Below are positions 1 to 10,228 of a stretch of 64,000 bases of DNA, one piece after another. This DNA is from an uncultured Actinomycetes bacterium (GTDB lineage Bacteria; Actinomycetota; Thermoleophilia; UBA2241): assembly GCA_963767005.1 (NCBI GenBank), contig CAVYCN010000018.1, positions 64,001-128,000 on the forward strand, in the 5' to 3' direction. Each line of letters begins with the position of its first letter. The stretch's first letter is position 1. The notes under the pieces were generated by a model. The model saw nothing but the letters and a program-made list of their open reading frames with translations. It was not told where the DNA came from and did not search any database. The position numbers were made by a program, and so were the translations under genes.

Positions 1-47
1 CACGAGCTGCTCGAGCCCTGCGGCGAGATCGTCGCCTGACCCGGACA

Positions 48-407
48 ATGGCGACTGCCCCGACATGCGACGTGCACTGCCTGCGAGCGGGCCGCTGCAC
101 GATCGTCGATGGCCAGCTGTTCTTCGACAGCGAAGAGCAGGCGGCTGCGGCTTGGGGAGTGTCGCCGAACGGCTTGGCCCTCGCCCGCCAACGCGGCGAG
201 CTCGAGGGCGCGTACGTGGCGGTAGGACGTCGCGTGCTCTACAGCCGGCTGGCGCCCGTCCTTCGGGCGCTGGGCATCACTGGCCCGGAACAACTCGGGG
301 CCTTCGCGAACGGCATCGGCATCACCGACGTCGCCGGCCTGATTCAGTTCCTGACGGGGCCGAGCGGCGTTGGCAACAGGGTGGCGACGGGCGCTGACGG
401 AGGCTAA
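48..407 (+). CDS. Hypothetical protein with excisionase-like HTH
   Basis: 119 aa; SEEQAAAAWGVSPNGLALARQRGELEGAYVAVGRRVLY resembles an Xis/MerR-type winged HTH. Confidence 0.55.
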   Translation: MATAPTCDVHCLRAGRCTIVDGQLFFDSEEQAAAAWGVSPNGLALARQRGELEGAYVAVGRRVLYSRLAPVLRALGITGPEQLGAFANGIGITDVAGLIQFLTGPSGVGNRVATGADGG

Positions 408-459
408 TCCTCGTGCCCGCCATCACTGTCACTGATGCACTGAAACGGAGGACCGACCT

Positions 460-780
460 GTGGCGAGCGATCCCCAACCCCTGCCCGCCGGACGCACCGC
501 GGCCTTCGACCTGCTAGCGGCCGACACCCGCGCCGGCACTCGCGTCCTGGTCGCTTGCCCCTCACGCTGCGTTCGGCGCCAGTACCTGCGCGGCATCGCC
601 AAGCGCGGCGGCGACATCGAGAAGGTCTCGTTTGTGATCGGCACCTCGTTCCGCGACGCGCCTTGCGCCCTTGCCAAGGACCTGCGGCGCCAGTTCGGAC
701 CGCGCTGTCGGGTGGTCGACGTACGCGAGCTCGGAAGGTCAGGCGGCGAAGGCGGTCGGCAGGCGAGCCATCATGACTGA
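460..780 (+). CDS. Hypothetical element protein
   Basis: 106 aa GTG-start ORF with GGAGG RBS; overlaps the helicase start. Confidence 0.55.
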   Translation: MASDPQPLPAGRTAAFDLLAADTRAGTRVLVACPSRCVRRQYLRGIAKRGGDIEKVSFVIGTSFRDAPCALAKDLRRQFGPRCRVVDVRELGRSGGEGGRQASHHD

Positions 781-2236
781 GCTGCTCGCCGACTTCGCGG
801 CCGAGGACGCACTCTGCGGCGCCGCCCTTTCGAACGAGGCCGCGGCGACCGCCTTCTGCGAGCTGGTCGATCCGATGGATCTCTACCAGGGCCCGCAGCG
901 CCAGGTGGCGGAGGCGATTCGCTTGCTGCACGGCCAAGGCGGCGGCCACGTCGATGCCGTGGTCGTAAGCGCCTACCTGGGCGACAAGGTCGATAAGGCG
1001 CTGGTCCACAGCCTGCCGGACCTGTGCCCGGCGGCCACCAACGTTGCGACCTACGCCGGCATCGTGAGCACCATGGCGCGCCGCCGACGCCTGCTGGCCC
1101 TCTCGCACCGCCTGACCGACCTCGCCACGGCCAACGGCAAGCCTTCGGACGGCCTCCTGGCCGAGGCCGAGCGGCTGACCGACGAGGCCCTAGGGGCAGA
1201 GCGCGCGAGAGATGGGGCGAGCGGCTCGGAGCTACAGAGACGCTTCGACGACTTGGTGCTCACCGGGCCGCAGTTCGCTTCGCGGACCCCGGAGCTGATT
1301 GACTTCATCGCTCCCCCTTACGTCGCTCGCGCCCACCTGCACGAGATCGTCGGCAAGCTGAAGCACGGCAAGACGCGCTTCTACAGCGATCTCGCCTACT
1401 CGGTGCTCAACGGCATCCCTTTCTTGAACCAACCGACCCAGCAGTCGGCGGTGATGTTTCTGATGGAGGACAGCGACGGCACGATGCGTCTCAACCTCGA
1501 GCGCGCCGGCATCCTCGAACACCCGGATCTCCACCTCATGAACATCAGTTGGCTGTTCCGCTCCGGTCTAGTCTGGCAAGAGGTCTGCAGGTGCGTCGGC
1601 GACTACGTAGCGCGCCACGGCATCAACCTGCTGTTCACCGACACCTTCTTGCGCTGGGCGGGTCTCACAGAGGGCCAGGAGAGCGACTCCGGGGCCTGCG
1701 CTCAGGCCCTGGCGCCCCTGGATGCGATCAGGCAGGAGACGGGCGCCGCCATCGTCGTCGTGCACCACGAGGGCAAGAAGCACGGCGGCGATACCTCCGA
1801 TGCGGGGCGCGGGTCGTCGGCGATCGGCGCCTTCATGGACTCCATCCTGGTCCTGCGTCGCGTGTCGGGCCAAGGCCCGAAGGCCGCCCGCCGGCGCAAG
1901 CTCGAGTACATCGGTCGGTTCGATGCCCCGGCCAACGTCGTAGTCGAGCTCGACGGCGGCTCGGGCCACTACCGCCTGATCGGCGATGCCCTCACCACCG
2001 AGACCGAGCAGGCCCGGCAGTTCGCCCTCGACGCCCTGCCCGAGCACGAGACGCGCGCCGTCACCGAGCGCTGGCTCTGCGACGAGAGCGGCATCGACAG
2101 CTCGACCATGGGGCGCGCCCTCAAGGCCCTCATGCGTGACGGCTTCGTCACCGGCAGGCTCGGCGCCGGCGGGGCCAGCTCCAAGGCTTTCGGCTACTGG
2201 CTACAGGCAGACCAACAGGCCCTCGGCGAGTCGTGA
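773..2236 (+). CDS. Replicative helicase: DnaB N-terminal-like domain + AAA_25/RepA-type ATPase + C-terminal wHTH
   Basis: N-terminus AAEDALCGAAL...NVATYAGIVSTMARRRRL; Walker A GKLKHGKT, Walker B LLFTDT, VVVHHEGK and GRGSSAIGAFMD (SF4 motifs); ATG at 773. Confidence 0.85.
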   Translation: MTELLADFAAEDALCGAALSNEAAATAFCELVDPMDLYQGPQRQVAEAIRLLHGQGGGHVDAVVVSAYLGDKVDKALVHSLPDLCPAATNVATYAGIVSTMARRRRLLALSHRLTDLATANGKPSDGLLAEAERLTDEALGAERARDGASGSELQRRFDDLVLTGPQFASRTPELIDFIAPPYVARAHLHEIVGKLKHGKTRFYSDLAYSVLNGIPFLNQPTQQSAVMFLMEDSDGTMRLNLERAGILEHPDLHLMNISWLFRSGLVWQEVCRCVGDYVARHGINLLFTDTFLRWAGLTEGQESDSGACAQALAPLDAIRQETGAAIVVVHHEGKKHGGDTSDAGRGSSAIGAFMDSILVLRRVSGQGPKAARRRKLEYIGRFDAPANVVVELDGGSGHYRLIGDALTTETEQARQFALDALPEHETRAVTERWLCDESGIDSSTMGRALKALMRDGFVTGRLGAGGASSKAFGYWLQADQQALGES

Positions 2237-2460
2237 ACAGATCCCTGAACAGGTTCTCGACCCCCAGGGCCTCAGCCGCTGCGCCCCGCGGACCTGTTCA
2301 CATCTCCTCTATAGGATGCGTATTGAACAGAACAGGTTCTCAGGCACGATTCGGTCGTCGACCTGTTCACCCTGCGACGGAAGGTCGCAGGGGGGTGAAC
2401 AGGGCTCCGAGAGCGGCCACCTGTTCACGGGAGAGGTTGAACAGTTCACTGAACAGTTCC
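2233..2460. repeat. Iteron array (TGAACAG/CTGTTCA in both orientations), putative replication origin
   Basis: Copies at about 2234, 2246, 2294, 2324, 2363, 2396, 2421, 2438 and 2450, directly after the helicase stop; central hairpin CCCTGCGAC-ggaag-GTCGCAGGG. Confidence 0.8.
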
Positions 2461-2479
2461 CCCTCCCCGGGCGGGCAGT

Positions 2480-2719
2480 GTGGGCGTCACGCTGGCAGCA
2501 TCCGCGCAATCGCGGGAGCGGTGGGGGTCCCGCTGGCGACCGTGCAGCGTGACGCGGCCAGGTTCGATATCAATCGAACCTGGCCGCGTCACGGGCCGCG
2601 ACGGCAAGACCTACCCGGCTCGCAAGAACGGCGTGTCGCGCGGCCGCGAGGCCACGGCCGAGCGCCGCGAGCGGCGAACGTTCGGGCCTCTACGCGCGCG
2701 CGCACGGGGCCGGCGGTGA
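2480..2719 (+). pseudogene. Frameshifted phage HTH protein fragment
   Basis: SIRAIAGAVGVPLATVQRD in one frame continues as EPGRVTGRDGKTYPARK in another, a combination I recognise from actinophage HTH proteins. Confidence 0.5.
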
Positions 2720-2723
2720 TGGC

Positions 2724-3089
2724 ATGACCGACCCGATACCCGGCTCCGACCTGGTCATGCGCCGGTGCTCGACCTGCCGTCGCGACCTTCCGCTCGAGAC
2801 CGGGTTCTACCGCTGCCGGCGGCGCACCGGCGGCCGGGAGTACATCTGCAAGGACTGCCAGCGGGCGCAGAAGCGCAGCCCGGCCGGCAGGGCGATCGCC
2901 CAGCGCTACCGCGCTGCGCACAAGGACCAGGCGCGCCTGTACCAGGCTGGCTATCGCGCCGGGCGGCGCCGGGCGGCGCGAGACGCCGCGGCGATCGCGG
3001 AGCTCACGCAGTTGCTCGAGCAGCTCGAGGGAGTTGTCAAGCGGTTGGCGCCGGGCCGTTCTCAGCCTCGAAACGGCTACCGTGCATGA
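2724..3089 (+). CDS. Zinc-finger (CxxC...CxxC) phage protein
   Basis: RRCSTCRRDLPLETGFYR...YICKDCQR resembles the zinc module often found N-terminal to phage HNH/EndoVII proteins; no nuclease domain seen. Confidence 0.65.
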   Translation: MTDPIPGSDLVMRRCSTCRRDLPLETGFYRCRRRTGGREYICKDCQRAQKRSPAGRAIAQRYRAAHKDQARLYQAGYRAGRRRAARDAAAIAELTQLLEQLEGVVKRLAPGRSQPRNGYRA

Positions 3090-3279
3090 CCCCCTGTCAT
3101 CCAACGACGCAGCGGCGGTCGGCGCCGGCGGGTTCGCCACGCCCACCGCGCGCCGGCCCCGGTGCGTCGAAAAGCGTAGCGACAAAAGCGACGGCGCCCG
3201 AAATCGCCGAACCAGGCGGCGACGGCGGGTCCAGACTTGACCACAGAAGTGCTCTGCAGCCCCGAAGGGACGTGAGCCG

Positions 3280-3477
3280 ATGACAGCCACCGCCGCGCTG
3301 ACTGTGACCGAGACCGCTAGGCGCCTCAACGTCTCGACCGCCCTCGTCTACCGACTTGTCCGCCGCGGTCAGCTGCCGGGCGCCGCGCGCGTCGGCCGCT
3401 CCTGGCGCATCGACGCGCGGCGCTTGGACGCCGCCCTGTTCGGGGCTCCCGCGGCAGACTCGAGGGCCGTCAAGTGA
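3280..3477 (+). CDS. Excisionase-family HTH protein
   Basis: LTVTETARRLNVSTALVYRLVRRGQLPGAARVGRSWRI, typical HTH_17 pattern. Confidence 0.85.
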   Translation: MTATAALTVTETARRLNVSTALVYRLVRRGQLPGAARVGRSWRIDARRLDAALFGAPAADSRAVK

Positions 3478-3663
3478 CAGACCGGCCGCCGACTCGCGCC
3501 CCGTCGTGAGCATCGCGGAGGCCGCCGCACACCTGGGCACGAGCGTTGACACCTGCGCGACCTCGTAAGGTGCGGCCGATTCGCGGACGCCTTGGACGCC
3601 CTGCTCTGGCGCCTCGCCGGCTGCGACGCGGACGAATTGCTACCAGACGACGAAGACGACTGA
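3474..3663 (+). pseudogene. Second excisionase-like HTH gene, two apparent 1-nt deletions
   Basis: Adding one C at about 3486 and one at about 3552 gives MTDRPADSRPVVSIAEAAAHLGTSVDTLRDLVRCGRF...; GTGA overlap with the upstream gene. Confidence 0.55.
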
Positions 3664-3692
3664 AACCCCGACCCCGACAGGAGAACCGACCC

Positions 3693-4630
3693 ATGAGTGA
3701 CACACCCTCGCCCTTCGCCCGCAACCTCGACCGGACCGACCCCTCGAACTTCGGCATCCCCCCGAACACCCCGACCAGCATCCCCGACACCACGATCGTC
3801 AGCGGCGCCAACGTGCAGTCGGCGCAGGCAACGGTCGCGAGCTACCGCACCATCGCCGAGAACCGCTGGGAGACGTTCCGCACGGCCCACGAGGCCGATC
3901 TCAGGACGGCCGGCGTGGCCGCCTGTTCGAGAACGTCGTGGCGGACGCGACGGCCATCTTCGACGCCTCGGACGGGCTGCTCACCACGGCACTGAGCGTC
4001 GCCACGAGCCGCTTGCTCTCAGCGGAATACGCAATGCAGAAGCTTCGCGACGCCCACACCACGGCGAGTGGTACGTGGCTGGCCGAGTTCGTCGCCTTCG
4101 ACGGCGATCTGGGCGCCTTCGTCGCGAGCCTCGCCAACGCGGCGTATCCGAAGCCGAGCGGCGACGAGGCGCTTCTGCGCCAAGAGGCCGCCACCATCCT
4201 GCACGCCGGCGACGCCGACCACCGGCCCGTCGATGCGCTTCGCAAGCTGGCCGGCGCCGAGCGCCGCGACCTCGCCGCGTTCGCGCTGAGTCCGTGGGCG
4301 TCCACCTGGGCCGGCACTCGCGGGGTGTCCGCGCCGGACCTGCAGGCCGTTCGCCTCGCGGCCATCGAGGCCGCGAAGGATCTCGGCGCCGAGGCTGAGC
4401 AGGCCGCGGCGCGCGCCTACGCCGACGCGATGGCTCTCCTGGGCGTCCGTCCGTGCATGGTCATCGCTGCGCAGGCCGCCGGCAACGTGGCACCGCTCGC
4501 AGCTGGGCTGGGGTTCAACGTCGACTACCCGGTCGGCAAGCAGTCGATCGACTTGCTCGCGTGGCGCGCTGGACCCGCCGACGCGCCGCCATCACGACGG
4601 TCTGAGGTCGCAGCATGCCGGAATCCGTGA
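3693..4630 (+). pseudogene. Hypothetical element protein (about 310 aa) split by a frameshift at about 3922
   Basis: AGGAG RBS and ATG at 3693 (MSDTPSPF...); adding one C joins it to ORF 3938..4630. Confidence 0.6.
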
Positions 4631-4632
4631 CA

Positions 4633-5090
4633 ATGAAGTGGCGCGGCGTCGAGGCGACGGCGGCGGAACGCGCTGGCGCTGCCGCGGCCTCACCCTCTGG
4701 GCCGAGCACGTGCTGCAACAGTCGGTCGAGATCGTGCCGCTGTTGGAGGGCACGCTAGAGCGCAGCGGCGCGGTCAGTCCAGCGAACGCCGAAAGCCTGA
4801 CGGCCGCCGTCTCCTACGACACGCCCTACGCGGTGCGCCAGCATGAGGACCTCACGTATCACTATCCGAACGGGCGCCAGGCGAAGTACCTCGAAACGCC
4901 GCTCAATGCGTCGGTCGACACGGGCAAGGCGTTAGTGGCCGAAGAGATCCACGCGGCGCTCACCGGCGGCCGGCTGCGCCCGTCCTATCGGCGGCCGAGG
5001 ACGCCTCGACCCCCGACGACAGCGGCGGCCCGGACGTGGGTGACATGGTCAGCGACGTGGCCAGCGTGGCGCAGGTCGTGGTCAACGTGA
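4633..5090 (+). pseudogene. Phage minor capsid/neck (HK97 gp10-like) protein, frameshift at about 4682
   Basis: MKWRG...RGLTLWAEHVLQQSVEIVPLLEGTLERSG...VSYDTPYAVRQHEDLTY...QAKYLETP matches the actinophage family pattern as I recall it. Confidence 0.7.
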
Positions 5091-5148
5091 TCGCGCCCGA
5101 AACGCTCATCTTCGACCTCTGACCGGAAGACGATCAGGGGCAGCGGCC

Positions 5149-6107
5149 ATGACCATCCAACTGATCGAAACCGCCCAGTCCGACGAGCTGCTCGAGCCCG
5201 ATTTCATGTTCGCCGACGACGACCGGACCGCGACGAGCAGCTGCAGCAGCGAGCACAGGAGTGGAAAGAGCGAATCGGCCACGGGGCCGTGGCCGACCTG
5301 TGGACGGGCTGCAACTTCGGCTGCAGGTACTGCCTGCCGATGGCTCGCGGCTGGGCGGCGCAGTGGCAGGAGCGCGCCGCCCTGCCGCCTGGGCACCGCT
5401 TGCTAGACAGCCACGTCCAGCCGCGCACCTGCGACCCGCTCAATACCGTGCGACTGGAGGCGACCGAAGGTCCGGCCCCGCCGGCTGTGCTCTCTCCCTT
5501 CAGCGACCCCTATCCGCCCGAGGAAGAGGCGGCCGGCGTGACCAGGGCTGCGATCGCGGCCCTGCACGGCTACGGTATCGGCGTCCAGATCATCACGAAG
5601 TCGGGAACGCGGCCCGTGCGTGACTTTCAGGCGCTCCGCCCGGGCCGCGGCGCGAAGCGAGGCGCGAAACTCGGCGCCCATCCCGACGACGCCTTTGGTG
5701 CGACCCTCACGTTCGTGAACGAGGGCGACTCGCGAGCCTGGGAGCCTCGAGCAGCGTCGCCCGCGGAGCGCATGGCGGGTCTCGAGGAAGCGCACCGGCG
5801 CCGCATCCCGACGTTCGTCAACCTAGCTCCCGTGATGGACGCCAACCAGGCCCTCGAGCTCATCCGCCGCACGCACGCCTACGTCGACTTCTACCACGTC
5901 GGCATGATGCGGCAGCGCGAAAGCGCGGTCTCACCGGCCGACTACGAGGGATTCGGCCGGCAGGCGGCGGTGCTGTGCCGGGACGTGAACGTCCCCTGCT
6001 CCATCAGCCGACCGACGAACAGCGTCGACGAGTGCTACAGGATCGTGGACGACGTCATGAGCCTCGCCGGCTGGCGGATGACTTGCGCGACGCGCCCCGA
6101 GTGGTGA
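5149..6107 (+). CDS. Radical SAM protein (spore photoproduct lyase-like family), apparent frameshift at about 5223
   Basis: CNFGCRYC (CxxxCxxC), SDPY, IITKSG and WEPRAASPAER motifs; the upstream ATG at 5149 joins if one C is added, otherwise GTG at 5289. Confidence 0.75.
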
Positions 6108-6222
6108 CCGCGCACGTTGGCGACTCGTTGTCGAGGCGCAGGAAACGCGCTCGCCGCCACGGCGCTGCATCATAGGCAGTGATGCGGTGATACCATCGCG
6201 GCTGTCGAGCGGGGGGCCCGCG

Positions 6223-6393
6223 ATGGCAGTATGTCCGAGGTGTGGGCAGCAGCTGGTGAGCGGCCGGTGCATCAACTGCCAGCCGCTCCGCCCGGGCTTC
6301 GACAGGACGACCTTCCTCATCGGCCAGGTCTGGAAGCTCGTCATGCTGATCGTCTTCATCGCGATCCTGCTCTTCTTCATCTGGCACTGCTGA
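6223..6393 (+). CDS. Small zinc-ribbon membrane protein
   Basis: CPRCG...CINC followed by a hydrophobic TM helix; 56 aa. Confidence 0.55.
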   Translation: MAVCPRCGQQLVSGRCINCQPLRPGFDRTTFLIGQVWKLVMLIVFIAILLFFIWHC

Positions 6394-6487
6394 ACCGCGT
6401 TCGGAGCGACTCCGTCGCAACGACGGTGGGGCCGCCGCGCATACGATCCCGCGAATCTAGAGTTGCGCTACCCGGATAGGAGGGGCC

Positions 6488-6862
6488 ATGTCTCGGAGAA
6501 CGTTGGCGGTAGGGGCGGTCGCAATCATCGCGCTGGCCCTTGTACTGTCGGCCTGCGGGTCGAAGGACCCGTTCGTCGGTGACTGGAAGCAGTCTGACCA
6601 GGGCGGCACGATGTACTTCCACGTCGACGCGCCAAAGAACGGGGTCTACGACATCAGCTGGAGCAACGGAACATCCGGGACGGAGAGCCCCACCGCCGAC
6701 ACCTCAGAGGTGATGCACTTTCAGGTGAAGAAGACGGGGTCCGGGGTCTACTCGGGCGGCGACCCCACAACGACCCTCACCCTGGTCGGCGACAAAAGCA
6801 TGACGGTCGAGTACATGGACACCGACAACCAAGAGGCCCGCGCCAATTTCACGAAGCAGTAG
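6488..6862 (+). CDS. Lipoprotein
   Basis: Signal peptide with lipobox LSAC; GGAGG RBS; TAG stop. Confidence 0.8.
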   Translation: MSRRTLAVGAVAIIALALVLSACGSKDPFVGDWKQSDQGGTMYFHVDAPKNGVYDISWSNGTSGTESPTADTSEVMHFQVKKTGSGVYSGGDPTTTLTLVGDKSMTVEYMDTDNQEARANFTKQ

Positions 6863-6874
6863 GGGAAGCCCGCT

Positions 6875-7282
6875 TCACAGCTTGCTCGCCAGGGCAGCCG
6901 GGATACTGCTCCACCGCATCGTCGCGGGATCAGCAGAGAGCAACTCTTCAATCACCGCGGCCTTGCGCCGACGGGTGACGTGGGCCCGCACCTCTTCGTC
7001 GGGGTTACGAGAGGGACGGACGGGCTTCGACGGACAAGCCTTCGGAAACGCGGTCCACGTGTTCGCCTCGTCCGGGTCAATACGCTCCAGCGGCCTAAGC
7101 ATGTAGACGAACTCCTCGCTGCCTTCCTCGGAGAGCTCGCTCAAAGCGTAGACCGTCCCGTCCTTAAGAAGAAGGCTGCGTCCGGGGCTTGCCGCCAGGC
7201 GCAGGCCCAGCGGCCTCCGCTCCTCTTCCCAAGTGAAGTCGCCGAGCAGTTCCCAACCCTCGAGCGGATCGCGATCGTCCAC
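6875..7282 (-). CDS. Hypothetical protein
   Basis: 135 aa ORF with globular composition in the element cargo. Confidence 0.55.
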   Translation of the reverse strand: MDDRDPLEGWELLGDFTWEEERRPLGLRLAASPGRSLLLKDGTVYALSELSEEGSEEFVYMLRPLERIDPDEANTWTAFPKACPSKPVRPSRNPDEEVRAHVTRRRKAAVIEELLSADPATMRWSSIPAALASKL

Positions 7283-7396
7283 GGAGCCCCCCCACGTCGA
7301 TACCGTGCCGGCATCATGTCAAAACTCCCTGGGACGAGAAAGGTCCGCCACCGCCGCAACGGTGGCGGACCTTTCTGTCGTTCCGGTACAGGTCGC

Positions 7397-7909
7397 TCAG
7401 GACTGCACGGCGGCCTTCTCCATGCGCCTGGCGGCCTCCTGGCGCCCGAGCGGGTAGGTCGTGACCAGTAGAAGCGTCTCCCGGCACTCGCGCAGCACGA
7501 CCATGAAACTGAGGTCGACCGGCGCGACGACTACCGTATCGAGGCGAGCTCGGCCGCTGCGGCCGGCGCGATTCCTGCGCGGCTGACGCCAGGAGCAGGC
7601 CCGGAGGTCGCCCTTCGCCTGTCGCTCGAGGATGTCCCAAACGCGCCCCAGCATGGCGCAGCGCTCAAGGTCCAGCCACCGGCCCCGCTTCGGGCCGCGG
7701 TCGCCGGTGACGAGATGCCAGAACAGCGTCTCGTGGTCGCCGCAGGCCGCCACCGTTCGGCCGTCGATCGCCAGGTGGCCGTCGACGATCGCCTCGAATT
7801 GCCAGCGGCAGCGTTGCAGCCACTCGATTAGCGGGCCGTCGAAGTCGCGGATGCGGAAGGGCTCCGGCAGGCCGAGCTCGCCGCGAAGATCCGGCGCGAT
7901 CGCGACCAT
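7397..7909 (-). CDS. Hypothetical protein, possible RelE/BECR-like nuclease fold
   Basis: ETLFWHLVT...DLERCAML...MVVLRE...LLLVTTYP; ATG overlaps the upstream TGA (TGATG). Confidence 0.55.
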   Translation of the reverse strand: MVAIAPDLRGELGLPEPFRIRDFDGPLIEWLQRCRWQFEAIVDGHLAIDGRTVAACGDHETLFWHLVTGDRGPKRGRWLDLERCAMLGRVWDILERQAKGDLRACSWRQPRRNRAGRSGRARLDTVVVAPVDLSFMVVLRECRETLLLVTTYPLGRQEAARRMEKAAVQS

Positions 7910-8304
7910 CACGACCACTCGCTACGGGGCGCCCTGAGGCGCTGACGGCGCGCCTCGCGCGCCAAGCGGGCCGCGGCGTCTACCCGGTCGACTGCGCGCC
8001 GGTAGGTCTGTGTTGGCTCCGCTACCGCGTGTTGGTAGGCCCGCCGCACCGTCTCGCAGGCCGGCAGGCGGTGGACCTGTCCGCCCTCGGTGCGGGCCAG
8101 GTACATGAACTCTACGGCGCGCTCGGCGTCGACCGACACGAGATCCTCGTCGGCCGGCTTGGCGCCGGGAGACGCGCTGCCGACCACGAAGCCGGCAGCG
8201 GTCTCGAGAAGCATGAGGCGCCGGCCGGGCGTCCCCCGGCTTGCGACCTCAGCGACGAGCGACCCTACCTCGCTCGTCAAGACCTGTGCAGATGCCGTTC
8301 GCAT
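7909..8304 (-). CDS. Hypothetical protein
   Basis: ATG at 8304 with AAAGGGG RBS; 131 aa; coupled to the downstream gene. Confidence 0.55.
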   Translation of the reverse strand: MRTASAQVLTSEVGSLVAEVASRGTPGRRLMLLETAAGFVVGSASPGAKPADEDLVSVDAERAVEFMYLARTEGGQVHRLPACETVRRAYQHAVAEPTQTYRRAVDRVDAAARLAREARRQRLRAPRSEWS

Positions 8305-8434
8305 GTGACCCCTTTCGGTTGGCCGTGCTGCCAACGCTGCTGCCAACGTTGGCCGTGTCCGGCCGTGTCCTTGGGTGGGTCGCCATGGGCGGCGCTGGCC
8401 TTCGGAACATGCCTGTGAGCAGGGAAATCGATAG

Positions 8435-8479
8435 CTCGTAATGATGGGGTCCTCGGTTCGATTCCGAGCGTCGGCTCCA
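8435..8479 (+). other. att site: 3' half of tRNA-Thr(CGT)
   Basis: CT-CGT-AA anticodon loop, T-arm CTCGG-TTCGATT-CCGAG, acceptor 3' strand CGTCGGC-T-CCA; no matching 5' half upstream. Confidence 0.85.
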
Positions 8480-8582
8480 AGAACTTCCGCGGCAGACTCC
8501 ATCTGCGGCGGCGGGGCCTCTTCTCTCACCCGGTGCGCGCAGCGTCCCGGCCGGTCGCCGGTCCGCGTGCCTTGCCGGTGCT

Positions 8583-9704
<1,122 letters not shown>

Positions 9705-9800
9705 CGCCTTGCCCCCTGGATCGAAGAAGGACGTTCTCCGGCGGCACGCGGGGCAGGGACGACCCCTCGTGCGCTCAGGTTCGGGCGAAGCGGCGGAAGA

Positions 9801-9841
9801 AGAGGCGCCCGCCGGAGCGGTGAGCTCCGACGGGCGCCTCT
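9801..9841 (-). terminator. Intrinsic terminator after the cold-shock gene
   Basis: AGAGGCGCCCG.CGGAGC-N5-GCTCCG.CGGGCGCCTCT followed by TCTT on the minus strand. Confidence 0.7.
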
Positions 9842-9877
9842 GGAGGTCCGCTCAGGACTTCGCGGCGCGAACGTCCG

Positions 9878-10078
9878 TCAGGCGAGCCTTACGTTGGTAG
9901 CCTGGGGGCCCTTCTGGCCCTGCTCGACCTCGAACTCAACGGCCTGATCCTCGGACAGGCTCGCAAGACCGGGCGCCAGCGAGTTGGCGTGCACGAACAC
10001 GTCCTTGCTGCCGTCGTCCGGGGCGATGAAGCCGTAGCCCTTGCCACCGTTGAACCACTTAACTTTGCCTTGAGCCAA
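9878..10078 (-). CDS. Cold-shock protein (CspA family)
   Basis: TTG start; [15 protein letters not shown] and DVFVH RNP motifs; 66 aa. Confidence 0.95.
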   Translation of the reverse strand: MAQGKVKWFNGGKGYGFIAPDDGSKDVFVHANSLAPGLASLSEDQAVEFEVEQGQKGPQATNVRLA

Positions 10079-10228
10079 TTCCTGCTCCTCTAGCCAGGAG
10101 CGTGTCTGCGGCAACTCTCGAAGCAACGACGCGCTCACCTATGAATGCTGCTACGAAAGCTGCAACGCAACAGTCATGACAGTGTACCCTATTTCGGCCT
10201 TTTTGGGAGCCGCCATGAGTCGATGGTC

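Larger units (their letters stand above)
1..8479. mobile_element. Integrated satellite/prophage-like element, right portion (integrase and left end outside window)
   Basis: Helicase plus iterons, excisionase-type HTHs, a phage head/neck-type gene and overlapping short ORFs; ends at a tRNA-Thr 3' fragment; housekeeping genes start immediately after. Confidence 0.85.

Noticed and set aside
8400-8479. Complete tRNA-Thr(CGT)
   Set aside because: No 5' acceptor strand (GCCGACG), D-arm or pairing anticodon stem; only the 3' half is present
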